A stretch of 55,188 nucleotides of DNA, from assembly GCA_046753625.1 (NCBI GenBank), contig JBHHUB010000003.1, positions 1 through 55,188 of the forward strand, read 5' to 3'. Positions 39,177-48,999 of this stretch are shown here, one piece after another (position 1 is the stretch's first letter; each line of letters begins with the position of its first letter). The notes under the pieces are model-generated. The model had not been told where the DNA came from and ran no database searches. It saw only the letters and a program-made list of their open reading frames with translations. A program made the position numbers and the translations under genes. The DNA comes from Phycisphaerae bacterium (GTDB taxonomy: Bacteria; Planctomycetota; Phycisphaerae; UBA1845).

Positions 39177-39442
39177 GTGTAGCCACACTCCGCTTGCGTA
39201 CGTCCCCGCCGGGCTGACCATCCGTCACGGATTTCTTGGATGTTCGACTCGGCGACCGGGCGAGCCGCATCCACGACATTCGCGAATCGTACGCTATTAT
39301 AGGACATGAACCACGGTGAGGGTATCGGTGGCGGCGAACTTCATGGCGGCGAGGCGTCGCGTGCCGGGGAGTCCAGGGCGACGCCGCATAACATGTGAGC
39401 CCAAGGTTCGGGCGACAACGGCATTTGAAGAGGAACCGGCGG

Positions 39443-40093
39443 ATGTCCAGTGAAAGACAGCAAACTTTGGATCGCATTCTCGACCGTCGGGTCAGTGCGA
39501 TCATTCGGACTCAAAGCAAACACATGGCTGGGGACGCCATGGCCGCGGCCGTGGACGGCGGATTCGAGCTGGTCGAGTTCACGCTTACGACACCGGGGGC
39601 GCTCGAGTTGATCTCGGAATTCGCGAGCCGACCGAATCTGGTCGTAGGCGCTGGAACCGTCATGTCGGCGGATATGGCGCGGGACGCGGTTTCCAGCGGA
39701 GCGCGGTTCTTGGTCTCGCCCCTTTGCGATCCTGACGTGGTCCGGGCGGCCGCGGACTTGGGGGTGGTCGTTATTCCGGGGGCGCAAACGCCGACCGAGA
39801 TGCATCGTGCCCACACGATGGGTGCTGATTTGATCAAGCTCTTTCCGGCGCCCTTCGGCGGAGTCGATTTTGTCCGGGCGGTCCGCGGCCCCTTACCTCA
39901 TCTGAAGCTGTTTCCAACCGCAGGCGTGGATGCCGACAACTTTCTGGCCTATTTCGACGCCGGCTGCGCGGGAGCCGGCTTTGTTCGTTCACTGTTCAAC
40001 CTGGACGATTTATCGGCCGGTTCGTTTGATGCGATAAGGCGCCGCGCTGCGCTGATCATCGCCCGTCTTGAGGCATGGAAGAAGCGGCGCTGA
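39443..40093 (+). CDS. eda: KDPG/KHG aldolase
   Basis: VEFTLTTP, VGAGTV, GARFLVSP, PGAQTPTE, IKLFPA, PTAGV. Confidence 0.9.
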   Translation: MSSERQQTLDRILDRRVSAIIRTQSKHMAGDAMAAAVDGGFELVEFTLTTPGALELISEFASRPNLVVGAGTVMSADMARDAVSSGARFLVSPLCDPDVVRAAADLGVVVIPGAQTPTEMHRAHTMGADLIKLFPAPFGGVDFVRAVRGPLPHLKLFPTAGVDADNFLAYFDAGCAGAGFVRSLFNLDDLSAGSFDAIRRRAALIIARLEAWKKRR

Positions 40094-40267
40094 GCGTTCT
40101 CGTGCTCGCTTACGCCTCGGGTTACCGGACCCTCGCCCCTCTTGGCCGCTGCCTGATGCGCGCCGTTCCAAGTGGCCATGTCCTGGAAACTTGCCAGGCG
40201 GATTTTCCGATACTAACAAGGGAAGAACGGTATCGCCTGCGACGGGGCTTGATCGGAAGACCAGACA

Positions 40268-41455
40268 ATGAGCAATCTACTCCGGGTGTGTCTCTACGAT
40301 TGTGAGACCGACCACAGCGAAGAATTGGCGGCGCAAATTGGATCGCTCAATTTTGTCCGGCTCATTGCCGTCGTATCCGATGAGGACGAGCTTGCCCACA
40401 AGCTGCAGAGCGGTGATGCCAACCTGGTCTTCTTCCATTTGGATTCTGATCCGCCGCGCATTGTGGATGTGATCGAATCCGTCTCGACGCGTTTTCCGGA
40501 TTTGGCGCTCATCGCGATCAGCCACCAGACGAACCCCGAGGCGATCCTCGCGCCAATGCGCGCCGGCTGCGATCAGTTCGTGTGTGAGCCGATCGTTCAT
40601 GAGGATCTGGCAGCGGCGGTCGCTCGTGTGGCCAGCAAGCGATCCCTTGCGACGACGTCGAGCCGCTGCATTTGTGTCACGGGGGCGAGCGGCGGCGCCG
40701 GGGCCACGACGCTGGCCGCCAATCTGGCGTTGGAGATCGCCTCGCTTACCGAAAGCGAGTGCGCGCTGGTGGATATGGATTTCCAGTTCGGTGATTTGGC
40801 GTCGAGCTTCGACTGCGTACCGAAATACACGTTCTACGATCTAGCCGCCGCGACGTCCGACATCGATCGAACGATTCTGAGCGGTTCACTGTCGGACTTG
40901 GGCAACGGCGTGGCGTTGCTGGCCAGGCCGATGGAGATGAACCAGCACGCGTTTCTGACTCCGGAGCATATTCACAACACGCTGGCCACGCTGACCGGCG
41001 CGTACGAAAACGTGGTTGTCGATATTCCGCGTATCCTTGACGATCGGACCATGGCCGCGTTCCATCAATCCAGTACGACGCTGATCGTTTGCCAACTGCT
41101 GGTGCCCAGCATCCGAAATGCCAAGCGATTCTTCGACGCGCTGGTTCGCGGCGGCGTGGATGCCGAGCGTATCGAGGTCGTGGTCAATCGCGCCAACAGT
41201 TCGGGGGGGCGGGTCACCAAGGCCGATGTGGAGGACTCGATCAAGAAGCCGCCGTTCGCCATCATACCCAATGACTATGAGTATGTTGCTCAGTCGATCG
41301 ATTTGGGCCAACCCATTTCAGCCGTAGACAAGCGCAATCCGGTCCGTCTTGCCATCCACAAGGTCGCCGCGCGCATCACGGGTATCGATGGCACGCGCGG
41401 TGGAGAACAGGCGCAACGGCGCGGCATTCTTGGTCGCCTCCTGTCGAAATCTTAG
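40268..41455 (+). CDS. cpaE: CpaE/TadZ-like receiver + MinD-type pilus assembly protein
   Basis: Receiver-like N-terminus; GASGGAGATTLAANLA, LVDMDFQFGD, VVVDIP, VVVNR, IPNDY. Confidence 0.85.
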   Translation: MSNLLRVCLYDCETDHSEELAAQIGSLNFVRLIAVVSDEDELAHKLQSGDANLVFFHLDSDPPRIVDVIESVSTRFPDLALIAISHQTNPEAILAPMRAGCDQFVCEPIVHEDLAAAVARVASKRSLATTSSRCICVTGASGGAGATTLAANLALEIASLTESECALVDMDFQFGDLASSFDCVPKYTFYDLAAATSDIDRTILSGSLSDLGNGVALLARPMEMNQHAFLTPEHIHNTLATLTGAYENVVVDIPRILDDRTMAAFHQSSTTLIVCQLLVPSIRNAKRFFDALVRGGVDAERIEVVVNRANSSGGRVTKADVEDSIKKPPFAIIPNDYEYVAQSIDLGQPISAVDKRNPVRLAIHKVAARITGIDGTRGGEQAQRRGILGRLLSKS

Positions 41456-41495
41456 GCGGTTTCATCTTGTGTGCCGCGATGGCCGGGCGCTCGCT

Positions 41496-42569
41496 TTACG
41501 CATCCTGCTGTCGGCGCAATTGACCGCAGGCCGCGGTGACGTCCAATCCTCGACTCTTACGCAGATGGGCGCTGACGCCCCGCTCGCGCAAGACCCCAAG
41601 AAACAACTGAGCCTGATCGCTGTCCGGCCGGGCGAAGGGAAGCCCTTCGACCGGGTTGTACCGGATGAGATTGATGTTGCTCCGCATGCGTTTGGATAGC
41701 TCGGCCAGTTCTTCGGCGTGGTGTGCGGTGTCGTTTACGCCCGCGAGCAGGATGTATTCCAAGGTGACCTCGCGCCCGGTTCGCTTGAAGTAGTAATCGC
41801 ACGCGGCGACCAGCTCATCCAAGTCCACGCGCTGTGCCCAAGGAATGATTTCGCGGCGCAGCGTATCGTTGGGCGCGTGCAAGGAAAGGGCCAAAGTGAT
41901 CTGCAGTTGTTCATCGGCCAGCGCGTTCATCTTGGATGGCAGCCCCACCGTGCTGACCGTGATCTTGCGCGCCCCGATGTCCATGCCCCACGGAGCGTTG
42001 ATCGCGCGAATCGCCCCGACCGTTGCGCCGTAGTTGGCCAGCGGCTCGCCCAATCCCATGAACACGACGTTGGAAAGGCGCGTGCCAGAGGCGCAGAGGT
42101 CGCGGATGCGCATCGTTTGCTCGATGATCTCAGCGGCGGTGAGATTGCGCTGCAAGCCACCGATCCCGCTGGCACAGAAAACACATCCCGCCGGGCAGCC
42201 CACCTGCGTCGACACGCACGCCGTGCGCCGGCGCGCCTCCGGAATCAGCACACATTCCGACGATGCGCCGTCGGGCCATTGCAAGAGCAGCTTGATGGTG
42301 CCGTCCGTGGAATCCCGCCGGCAAACGATTTGGGATTGGTAGATCGTCAGTTTCTGCGCCAAAGTGTCGCGGAATCGCCGGGGTAGATTCGACATCTGAT
42401 CGAACGCCGCAACGCCGCGCCCGTACACCCATTGCAGCACCTGCTCTGCGCGGTACCGCGGCTCGCCCAGTTCGCCGACCGCGCGCGTGAACTCCGACGG
42501 CGTCAACCCCAGCAGCGTCGTGGTTCGATCGGTCGGCGCTCCATCCGATGCGGTGGATTCCAGATGCAT
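41496..42569 (-). CDS. rlmN: 23S rRNA m2A2503 / tRNA radical-SAM methyltransferase
   Basis: CVSTQVGCPAGCVFCASG, MGLGEP, SLHAP, AACGQL. Confidence 0.96.
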   Translation of the reverse strand: MHLESTASDGAPTDRTTTLLGLTPSEFTRAVGELGEPRYRAEQVLQWVYGRGVAAFDQMSNLPRRFRDTLAQKLTIYQSQIVCRRDSTDGTIKLLLQWPDGASSECVLIPEARRRTACVSTQVGCPAGCVFCASGIGGLQRNLTAAEIIEQTMRIRDLCASGTRLSNVVFMGLGEPLANYGATVGAIRAINAPWGMDIGARKITVSTVGLPSKMNALADEQLQITLALSLHAPNDTLRREIIPWAQRVDLDELVAACDYYFKRTGREVTLEYILLAGVNDTAHHAEELAELSKRMRSNINLIRYNPVEGLPFARPDSDQAQLFLGVLRERGVSAHLRKSRGLDVTAACGQLRRQQDA

Positions 42570-42687
42570 GAAACCTCGTTGCCGGCGAGTTGTGTTGTGC
42601 GCCCGCAGGGCCGACCGGCCAACCCTTCAAGCCGGCCTGCGTTTCTTTCCGCGCGAGGCTGACGGCCGTGCGTCACGTCAGCTTCCA

Positions 42688-45600
42688 CTACTGACACGGC
42701 ACCGGGCAGCCGGTGGCGTCGTATCCGCTACCCTGGAACGCCTGCACGTCCCGCTGGAGGTCGGCGAAATTCACCGTCCCGTTGGGCGCGCACGGCTCGA
42801 GGTCCGCCCGTTCCAATGATACGTTCGTGAAGTCACCTTGGAAGGCCGCCACGACGAGGAGAATGTCCGCGAAGTTCGCAACGCCGTTGGGCGGTGATTC
42901 CACATCACCCCACATCCACGTTGTCACGGGGGCGGCGAGTGACAGATTGGGATTGCCCGGCGCACCGCAGTCGGCCAGGACGAGGTACGACGAGGATGGA
43001 ATCACCGGCTCGCCGGTGATGGCGACCGTGCCCCATTGGGCTGCGGTTTGGAATACGGGCGTGGCGCCGAGGGACCCGTCCGATTGGACGTACAGGTCGA
43101 CGCAACTGACGTTGATGTCATTGGGATCGCCGGTGACGCGAATCGCCTGCGGCGTGTCGGACATCGGCGTTGCGAGAATCGCACGGCTGCCGTCCGCCTG
43201 AGCCGAAGGGGTCACGCAGGTCGGTGCGTCAACCAGCGTGACAACGACCGAATCCTGTTTGCGGAAGGGCAGGGGCACGCCCGAAGGGTCCAAGAGGAAC
43301 GAATCGATCGGATCCGATACGATCGTGATTTCGAATTGATCGCCGGGTTGGGCGTTGCCGCTGACGGCGAGCGAAAAATCGCCGAGGTAGGCGGGCTGAA
43401 CGCCGACATCGACGCCGCCGGTCAGCAGGACGGACCCCAAGGCGTTGGTGGCGCAACTGACGGCCTGAATGTCCGGCAGTCCCGAAAATACGTAGTCCGT
43501 CCGGTTGCCGTCGATGTGCACGCCGCAGTCGGGCAAGTTGGGGTCGCCCGAGCATCCGGTGCAATCTAGTGTCAGATCTCCGACACCACTTAGTTTGGTG
43601 ACGGAAATCGTCGTCTGGTAGGCGGCGAGTTGCGATACTTCCTGGACGAACAAATCGACGCCGACGGAACCTCCGGCGAAGGCGAGCGATTCGTCAAGAT
43701 TCCATGTGATCAACGTCGGCACCGGTGCGCAAGGCGGGTCGATCGACCCGCAAGTAGAGCCGTTGCCGTTGTAGGTGCCCAGCGTTTCCTCGCATGCGGT
43801 CTGGCTGATCAAATCGCAGCAGGATCCGTCGGTGAAGCAGCATGCACCGGTGATCGGTTCACACTCGTCGGGAATGCTGTTGGCGTTGCAATCCGCAGAG
43901 AGTCCGCAGCCGGGCACGTCGCACGCACCGCCGGGCGCCCCGCAACTCACGTCGCAATCGTCAACGATCGAATTGGCGTTGCAATCACCGCCTTCGATCA
44001 CGCCGACGTAGGTGCCCCAGATGTCGGTCTGGTGGGCGAATTCCTGGAGGGTCCAAATGGTCGTCTCATCCACCGGATCAAGCGACGTGTAGCTGTAATC
44101 CCCCCACCGGTTACGCCCCACGCTGTCGATGTTGTTCTGGGGGGCCAGCCCCATCTTGTAGAGGGTGGGCGTAGCCATGACCCCGGGCGGGTCCAACACG
44201 TTGCGCCCCGTGTAGTAGGCGCCGATGTATTCATTCGCTTTCGATCCGGAAAACGCCATCGCCACTTGGCCGAACTTGTTGACCATAATGGAGGGGTAGT
44301 AGTAGTAACGCGTCGCGCCGGCGACCGTACCCGATTGGATTACCGAGACCGAATCCACGTCCAATTGATACCAGCGGCACGCCGCCTTGCCTGATTGCGT
44401 GATGGTGTGGGCCGTCCAGATGGATCCGTCGCGGTAGACGGACATCATCAGCCTTCGGTCAATCGTGGAAATCAGCGTGGTGCTGCCGAGGGCGGGCGCA
44501 TCGGGTGGCGAGCTGTAGGACGGGACGCCGAAGAATCCCAACTCCGTCAACGTCGGGTTGGTTATGGGAGGATTCACCCGCCTCAAGCGAATGGCCGTAG
44601 ACGAAGGCGTGCTGACGCAGTACTCGCCGGCAGGGTTCCCAAACGTAATCACCGGTTGAATCGCCCCTTCCCAGGGAAGGTTGCGGAAGGCCGTGACCGT
44701 GCCCAGCGAGGGGGATGCGGCGATCAACGGAGCCTTGTCGATCGCGAAAATGGTCATGACGCCGCTGCCTCCGACCATGAAGGCCGAGGTGTAAATCCCC
44801 CAGGCATCGACGCCGAGGGTGGGATAGTCGGGCCACCGCCCCGCATCGGATCCGCTGGCGGTAAAGAAGTTGGTCTTAAACCAGGACTCCATGGGGTTAT
44901 CCGTGGTGGATACGGCCAGATAAATGTGCGCCCCGCTGCTGAAATCGGTCACCAGAACGATCCAGCGCCCCGAATGCTGATCGTACAGGACGCGCGGATC
45001 GCCGTTGGATCCGGGAAGAAAGGTGCCGAGGTTGATGCTGAGCAGTTGCCCACCTGTAGCCTTGTCGAATATGGCGAAGACGCGATTGATCACCTCGACA
45101 AAATGATTCGGCCCCACTGCTCCGCAGGTGTCCGGCGGAAAGGAGAATGAATTGCCGTCGCCTCGAATGACCCCCAGAAAACTATCAGCCAGTGCCGGCA
45201 ACGTGCCGCCACCGGTTGCGACCCCGCCCGTATTGCCGCTTCCGGGCAGCGGCTTGTCGTCAAGACCTTGCGGTATCTTGGGGGCATGCACGACCTCGAT
45301 TTCGCTGAACCCCGTGCCGAACTCCCAGGCCAAACCTGCGTAGTCCGATCCGCTGAGCGTCGTCTTGTAGCTCAGATCGTCAAAATCCACGACGGTGTGA
45401 TTGCGGTCCGGGGCACCCACTGGGGAGTAGGTGAGATCATCCATCCCGTACCAGCCGCCGCCTTGGGTGACGGGTTCCGAAACGATGACAACCCGGTTGA
45501 CGCCGCACAGATCCATCTCGAACCAGTTCGGCTTGCGTCCGATATCGCGAAACGGGCCGGCCCGCTTCACCTCCTGATCATCCAGATAGCCGATCGCGGT

Positions 45601-45981
45601 CAAGCCCGTAGTCCACACGCCCTCGGCCTGCTGTCCCGCAAAGTACGCACCATGCACGTCGACCACTTCCGGGAAACGAATGCCCATGCGCGTATCACCC
45701 CACTTGTTGACCACGTTGTGGGCGCCCGAAGACGGATAGGACGTGCCGCCGCGCGTGGGCACGGTCCACTCCCCGAATCGAAGGCGGGGATTGGAATTGG
45801 CATCGGACCGGATGGTCGCTTTCCGATCCCGCTCGATCGCCGCTTGCATCGTTTCGATGTACCCGCGACCCAAGGCGGCGGCGTCGAGTTTTTCTCCGGA
45901 AACGGTCTGTCCGCTCACTTGGATCGGGGCAGAAACGGCCAAGAGGCCTATAAGCATGGAAACACAAGTCGGAATCTTCAT
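42688..45981 (-). CDS. Large secreted multidomain protein with Cys-rich repeats and a dockerin-like C-terminus
   Basis: Signal peptide; core PPDTCGAVGPNH/DPRVLYD/WPDYP/RWGDYS; DCNANSI repeats; GACCFTDGSC; two PNGxxNFAD repeats. Confidence 0.85.
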   Translation of the reverse strand: MKIPTCVSMLIGLLAVSAPIQVSGQTVSGEKLDAAALGRGYIETMQAAIERDRKATIRSDANSNPRLRFGEWTVPTRGGTSYPSSGAHNVVNKWGDTRMGIRFPEVVDVHGAYFAGQQAEGVWTTGLTAIGYLDDQEVKRAGPFRDIGRKPNWFEMDLCGVNRVVIVSEPVTQGGGWYGMDDLTYSPVGAPDRNHTVVDFDDLSYKTTLSGSDYAGLAWEFGTGFSEIEVVHAPKIPQGLDDKPLPGSGNTGGVATGGGTLPALADSFLGVIRGDGNSFSFPPDTCGAVGPNHFVEVINRVFAIFDKATGGQLLSINLGTFLPGSNGDPRVLYDQHSGRWIVLVTDFSSGAHIYLAVSTTDNPMESWFKTNFFTASGSDAGRWPDYPTLGVDAWGIYTSAFMVGGSGVMTIFAIDKAPLIAASPSLGTVTAFRNLPWEGAIQPVITFGNPAGEYCVSTPSSTAIRLRRVNPPITNPTLTELGFFGVPSYSSPPDAPALGSTTLISTIDRRLMMSVYRDGSIWTAHTITQSGKAACRWYQLDVDSVSVIQSGTVAGATRYYYYPSIMVNKFGQVAMAFSGSKANEYIGAYYTGRNVLDPPGVMATPTLYKMGLAPQNNIDSVGRNRWGDYSYTSLDPVDETTIWTLQEFAHQTDIWGTYVGVIEGGDCNANSIVDDCDVSCGAPGGACDVPGCGLSADCNANSIPDECEPITGACCFTDGSCCDLISQTACEETLGTYNGNGSTCGSIDPPCAPVPTLITWNLDESLAFAGGSVGVDLFVQEVSQLAAYQTTISVTKLSGVGDLTLDCTGCSGDPNLPDCGVHIDGNRTDYVFSGLPDIQAVSCATNALGSVLLTGGVDVGVQPAYLGDFSLAVSGNAQPGDQFEITIVSDPIDSFLLDPSGVPLPFRKQDSVVVTLVDAPTCVTPSAQADGSRAILATPMSDTPQAIRVTGDPNDINVSCVDLYVQSDGSLGATPVFQTAAQWGTVAITGEPVIPSSSYLVLADCGAPGNPNLSLAAPVTTWMWGDVESPPNGVANFADILLVVAAFQGDFTNVSLERADLEPCAPNGTVNFADLQRDVQAFQGSGYDATGCPVPCQ

Positions 45982-46073
45982 AGGAATACGCTCACCAAGA
46001 TGGAACCCCAATGCTCAAACTTCGGGCGGAATCAGGCGCCCCCCCGCAAACAAGCGCCAACCGCAACAACCGT

Positions 46074-46102
46074 AGTATAGCGGATTGACGCGAAACCTTC
46101 AA
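46074..46102 (-). promoter_or_regulatory. Sigma70-like promoter of the secreted-protein gene
   Basis: Minus strand TTGAAG-17 nt-TATACT. Confidence 0.6.
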
Positions 46103-46230
46103 TAAACGGCCCGAACAACGCTTGGCGTCGGTTGCTCGGTGGGTGGGCTCATCTCGCCAGAACTGCTCGGGCCCGGTTCCGCCGCCTGACAACGGCTGGT
46201 ATGAGGCGTCCGGAGGGTCACCCGCAACAT

Positions 46231-48558
46231 TCACGGTGGTCCGAATGTGTTGAAGAGGTCACGAACGTCAGCCATATCCACATCCCCGTCGGCGTTGGCA
46301 TCGAAGGCTACGCAGAGCCCTTTCGGGGACATGGTCCCCGGACCGGACCAACAACCGGCCAGGATTGCCAAGTCAGCCCAATCGAAGATACCGTCACCGT
46401 CCCCATCGCCCGGAACACTGCGGCAATAGATCGCCCCGATCGATACTTCATCAATGGCCGCCTCGGTCAGTGAGTCGTTCGCCAGATCGGACGTGACGAA
46501 ACGGAGTCGAAGCTGATGTCCCGCCACGGGTGTAACGTCGCTCAAGCGCCAGTGCTGCTCAACCCATCCATCCGTTGACGCAATCACCTCCAGTTCGATC
46601 GGCCAGGTCGCGCCGCCATCAAGAGATGCATGCACCGCGAACGTATCCGGTTCCGTGCCCCCGCTGGAAAAGAACCAGCGGGCGTACCGGATTTCGAAAT
46701 CGTCCGCGTCGGCCGGTAGCTCGATCGTGGGTGAAAGCAGCGTAACAGGTCCGCCGTCTACGTCGCCGCTACCCGCGTTGCCGCCGAAATGCTGCCCGGT
46801 CAAAAAGCAATGGGCCAGTTCGCCCGGCGAAAAATCAAAGGCCGGTTGGGCGGTGGTCCCCACGGGAATCACGCGGACCCACTGGCCGGATGTTTGCGTT
46901 CCGCCGGCCGCGGTCGCCGTCCAACCTCGGTCCGCTTCAAAATCATCGTGGAAGACCACGTCCCACCGCAGGGCTTGGGCGGTAAAGACATGCGCAGGTG
47001 CCCCGATCGGATCAAACACGCTCGTGCCCGCCGTGGATTCCGCGACGAAGAAGTATTCGATTTCGCTGCCGCAGGGCAACTCGGGCCAGGTTGCCGAAAA
47101 AAGATTCGGGCCCGACGCGACCAGCGGTATCGATGCGAACGGGGTTCCACCGGCGCGCAAGAAAAGTCGAACCGAACTTGGATTCAATGCTTCGCCCGCG
47201 CCGGCGACGCGCGTGACCACCACGCTGCTTCCGTCAGGGGTCACCGTGTCGGGAAACGGTGTTTCATTTTCAAACCGAAGGGCCGGGGCGGGCGCCATCA
47301 TGAGCGCGTTCAGCGCGTTGATCCGCCCCGATCCGAACAATGGATCGGGGCCCGGACTGCCCAGGTCTTCTGCGCCCAACCGGATCAAATCCCGGACAGC
47401 GGATTCCGGCAGTTGCGGTGCATACGATCGCAGTAGGCCCGCGAGCCCGGCGCAGAACGCCGCCGCGCTGGATGTGCCCGATTGAAACTCGAACGCTGAG
47501 CCTACGGCGAGCGAGTAGATGTGCACACCGGGGCCGGCGACGTCGACGTGCGGTCCGAAGTTGGAGAACCCGGCGGCGTTGTCCGTGTTGTTGGTGGCCG
47601 AAACACCCAGGCAGGTCTCGTATGCGGCCGGATAGGTCAGATCGCTTGCCGCGTCATTGCCGACCGGCGCCACCACCACCACGTCGGCATCGCGGGCATA
47701 CGCAATAGCTTCTTCGAGTACCAAAGCGTCTGAGCCGAAAGAAAGAGGCACCAGGATGACATCCGCCCCTGCATCGACCGCCCATACGATGCCTTCCGCC
47801 GTTGGGGAGGCCGCACCCGTGCACCCGTCGAAAACGCGGACTGGCAGGATTCGCGTCCGGTCGTGCAGCCCGGCGATGCCCAATCCATTGCCCGTGGTCG
47901 CGGCTATGATGCCGGCCAGATGCGTGCCGTGGCCGCAGTAATCACGCGTGTCGAACAGATCGCCCACCATCGACCGCCCAGGCAAGAGCCGATCGCCCAG
48001 CTCGGGATGCGCATCCACCCCGGCATCCACGATCGCCACTTCCGTCCAGGCTCGTCCGGCATAGAAAGTCCACGCGGCCGGCATGTCGATGTCCGCCCCG
48101 GGTAGCCCCGCCACGCCCCCGATTTCCTGACCTTCGTTCAACAGGCCCCATTGCAGCGGAAAATCGGGATCGTCGGTCGCGAGTCGCGCAACGCGACCGG
48201 TCACTTCTCGCTCCGCCCAGATGACCGAGTCGGTCCGGGCTCTGAGGGCTCGAACAATCTCGCTGAGATTGGCGCCCGGTGACAGAACAAGGCGCCAGGT
48301 ACGATCAAGCGCTGCTCCGGGCACAGCGGCCGGACCTTGGGGCCGATGCGTGAAAAGCCGTGCTACCGTTACAACTTGGAAGCGGCGCAAGAGGGATGGA
48401 TCGGGGAAGCGGGGCGTGACCGTCTTGACGATGAGCGTGCGGGCTGCAGTTTGTTCTATCGACGGGCGCAGCGTCTGGTCGGCATGCAGCATTCCCGAGC
48501 ACGTTATGAGGATGAGAACCCAAAGCGAAAAACGAAGCCAAAGTATCCTGAAACCCAT
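46231..48558 (-). CDS. Secreted S8 subtilase with C-terminal beta domains and a dockerin-like tail
   Basis: Triad VAIVDAG, HGTHLAG, GTSSAA; oxyanion GND; GDGDGDGIFDWAD...FDANADGDVDMAD; start chosen at the signal peptide MGFRILW. Confidence 0.9.
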   Translation of the reverse strand: MGFRILWLRFSLWVLILITCSGMLHADQTLRPSIEQTAARTLIVKTVTPRFPDPSLLRRFQVVTVARLFTHRPQGPAAVPGAALDRTWRLVLSPGANLSEIVRALRARTDSVIWAEREVTGRVARLATDDPDFPLQWGLLNEGQEIGGVAGLPGADIDMPAAWTFYAGRAWTEVAIVDAGVDAHPELGDRLLPGRSMVGDLFDTRDYCGHGTHLAGIIAATTGNGLGIAGLHDRTRILPVRVFDGCTGAASPTAEGIVWAVDAGADVILVPLSFGSDALVLEEAIAYARDADVVVVAPVGNDAASDLTYPAAYETCLGVSATNNTDNAAGFSNFGPHVDVAGPGVHIYSLAVGSAFEFQSGTSSAAAFCAGLAGLLRSYAPQLPESAVRDLIRLGAEDLGSPGPDPLFGSGRINALNALMMAPAPALRFENETPFPDTVTPDGSSVVVTRVAGAGEALNPSSVRLFLRAGGTPFASIPLVASGPNLFSATWPELPCGSEIEYFFVAESTAGTSVFDPIGAPAHVFTAQALRWDVVFHDDFEADRGWTATAAGGTQTSGQWVRVIPVGTTAQPAFDFSPGELAHCFLTGQHFGGNAGSGDVDGGPVTLLSPTIELPADADDFEIRYARWFFSSGGTEPDTFAVHASLDGGATWPIELEVIASTDGWVEQHWRLSDVTPVAGHQLRLRFVTSDLANDSLTEAAIDEVSIGAIYCRSVPGDGDGDGIFDWADLAILAGCWSGPGTMSPKGLCVAFDANADGDVDMADVRDLFNTFGPP

Positions 48559-48757
48559 AAGGACACTCCCATCAGATTCGACATCTTTTGGTGCGGCGCT
48601 CTCTTGACCCATGATACCAGGTCGATGCCAAAAATGCACGGGGCACGACGAGGGCACGCGGACCGAAGTCAAAGTGGGTAAGAGCCGGAATTGGTTGGAA
48701 AACGAAATCTTTGGATTCGGTAGGCGCTTCCTGGTGGATGGTGGTCTATAGTGTAGC

Positions 48758-48998
48758 GGGGAGTTCGCGTGGCATGTGTCGTTTGAGATTAATTGGTCTA
48801 AACGACAACCCCCACGGAAGAGCAAAGGCCGCGCGGGCTCTCCATTTTCTTCGTTCCTTCCTCTCCTTGGGGTTGACGCCGACCAATGTAGCCGCGCCGT
48901 CGTCGGCTGGGGAGTGCACCGCCTATAGCTTGTTGGGCACGGGCCTGAACCGCGGAGGGCCGCTGTGCTACATGGCGTGGGTAACGAATCAGGGAGGG
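48758..48998 (+). ncRNA. Candidate two-module structured ncRNA on the strand opposite to the flanking genes
   Basis: TATAGT box at 48747-48752; 16-bp helix 48758-48773/48828-48843; interrupted rod 48861-48998; G.U pairs favour the + strand. Confidence 0.5.
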
Positions 48999-48999
48999 C

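Noticed and set aside
40268-41455. Missing Walker A Lys in CpaE as a novel pseudoenzyme
   Set aside because: A degenerate P-loop is normal for the CpaE/TadZ family.
48559-48825. N-terminal extension of the S8 ORF given in the ORF track
   Set aside because: The signal peptide begins at 48558; the upstream part looks non-coding and overlaps the structured RNA candidate.
48798-48846. SRP RNA (CGGAAG-AGCA), or a minus-strand micro-ORF MESPRGLCSSVGVVV
   Set aside because: The SRP helix-8 symmetric loop (CAGG/AGCA) is missing; the micro-ORF has no support beyond a purine-rich upstream tract.
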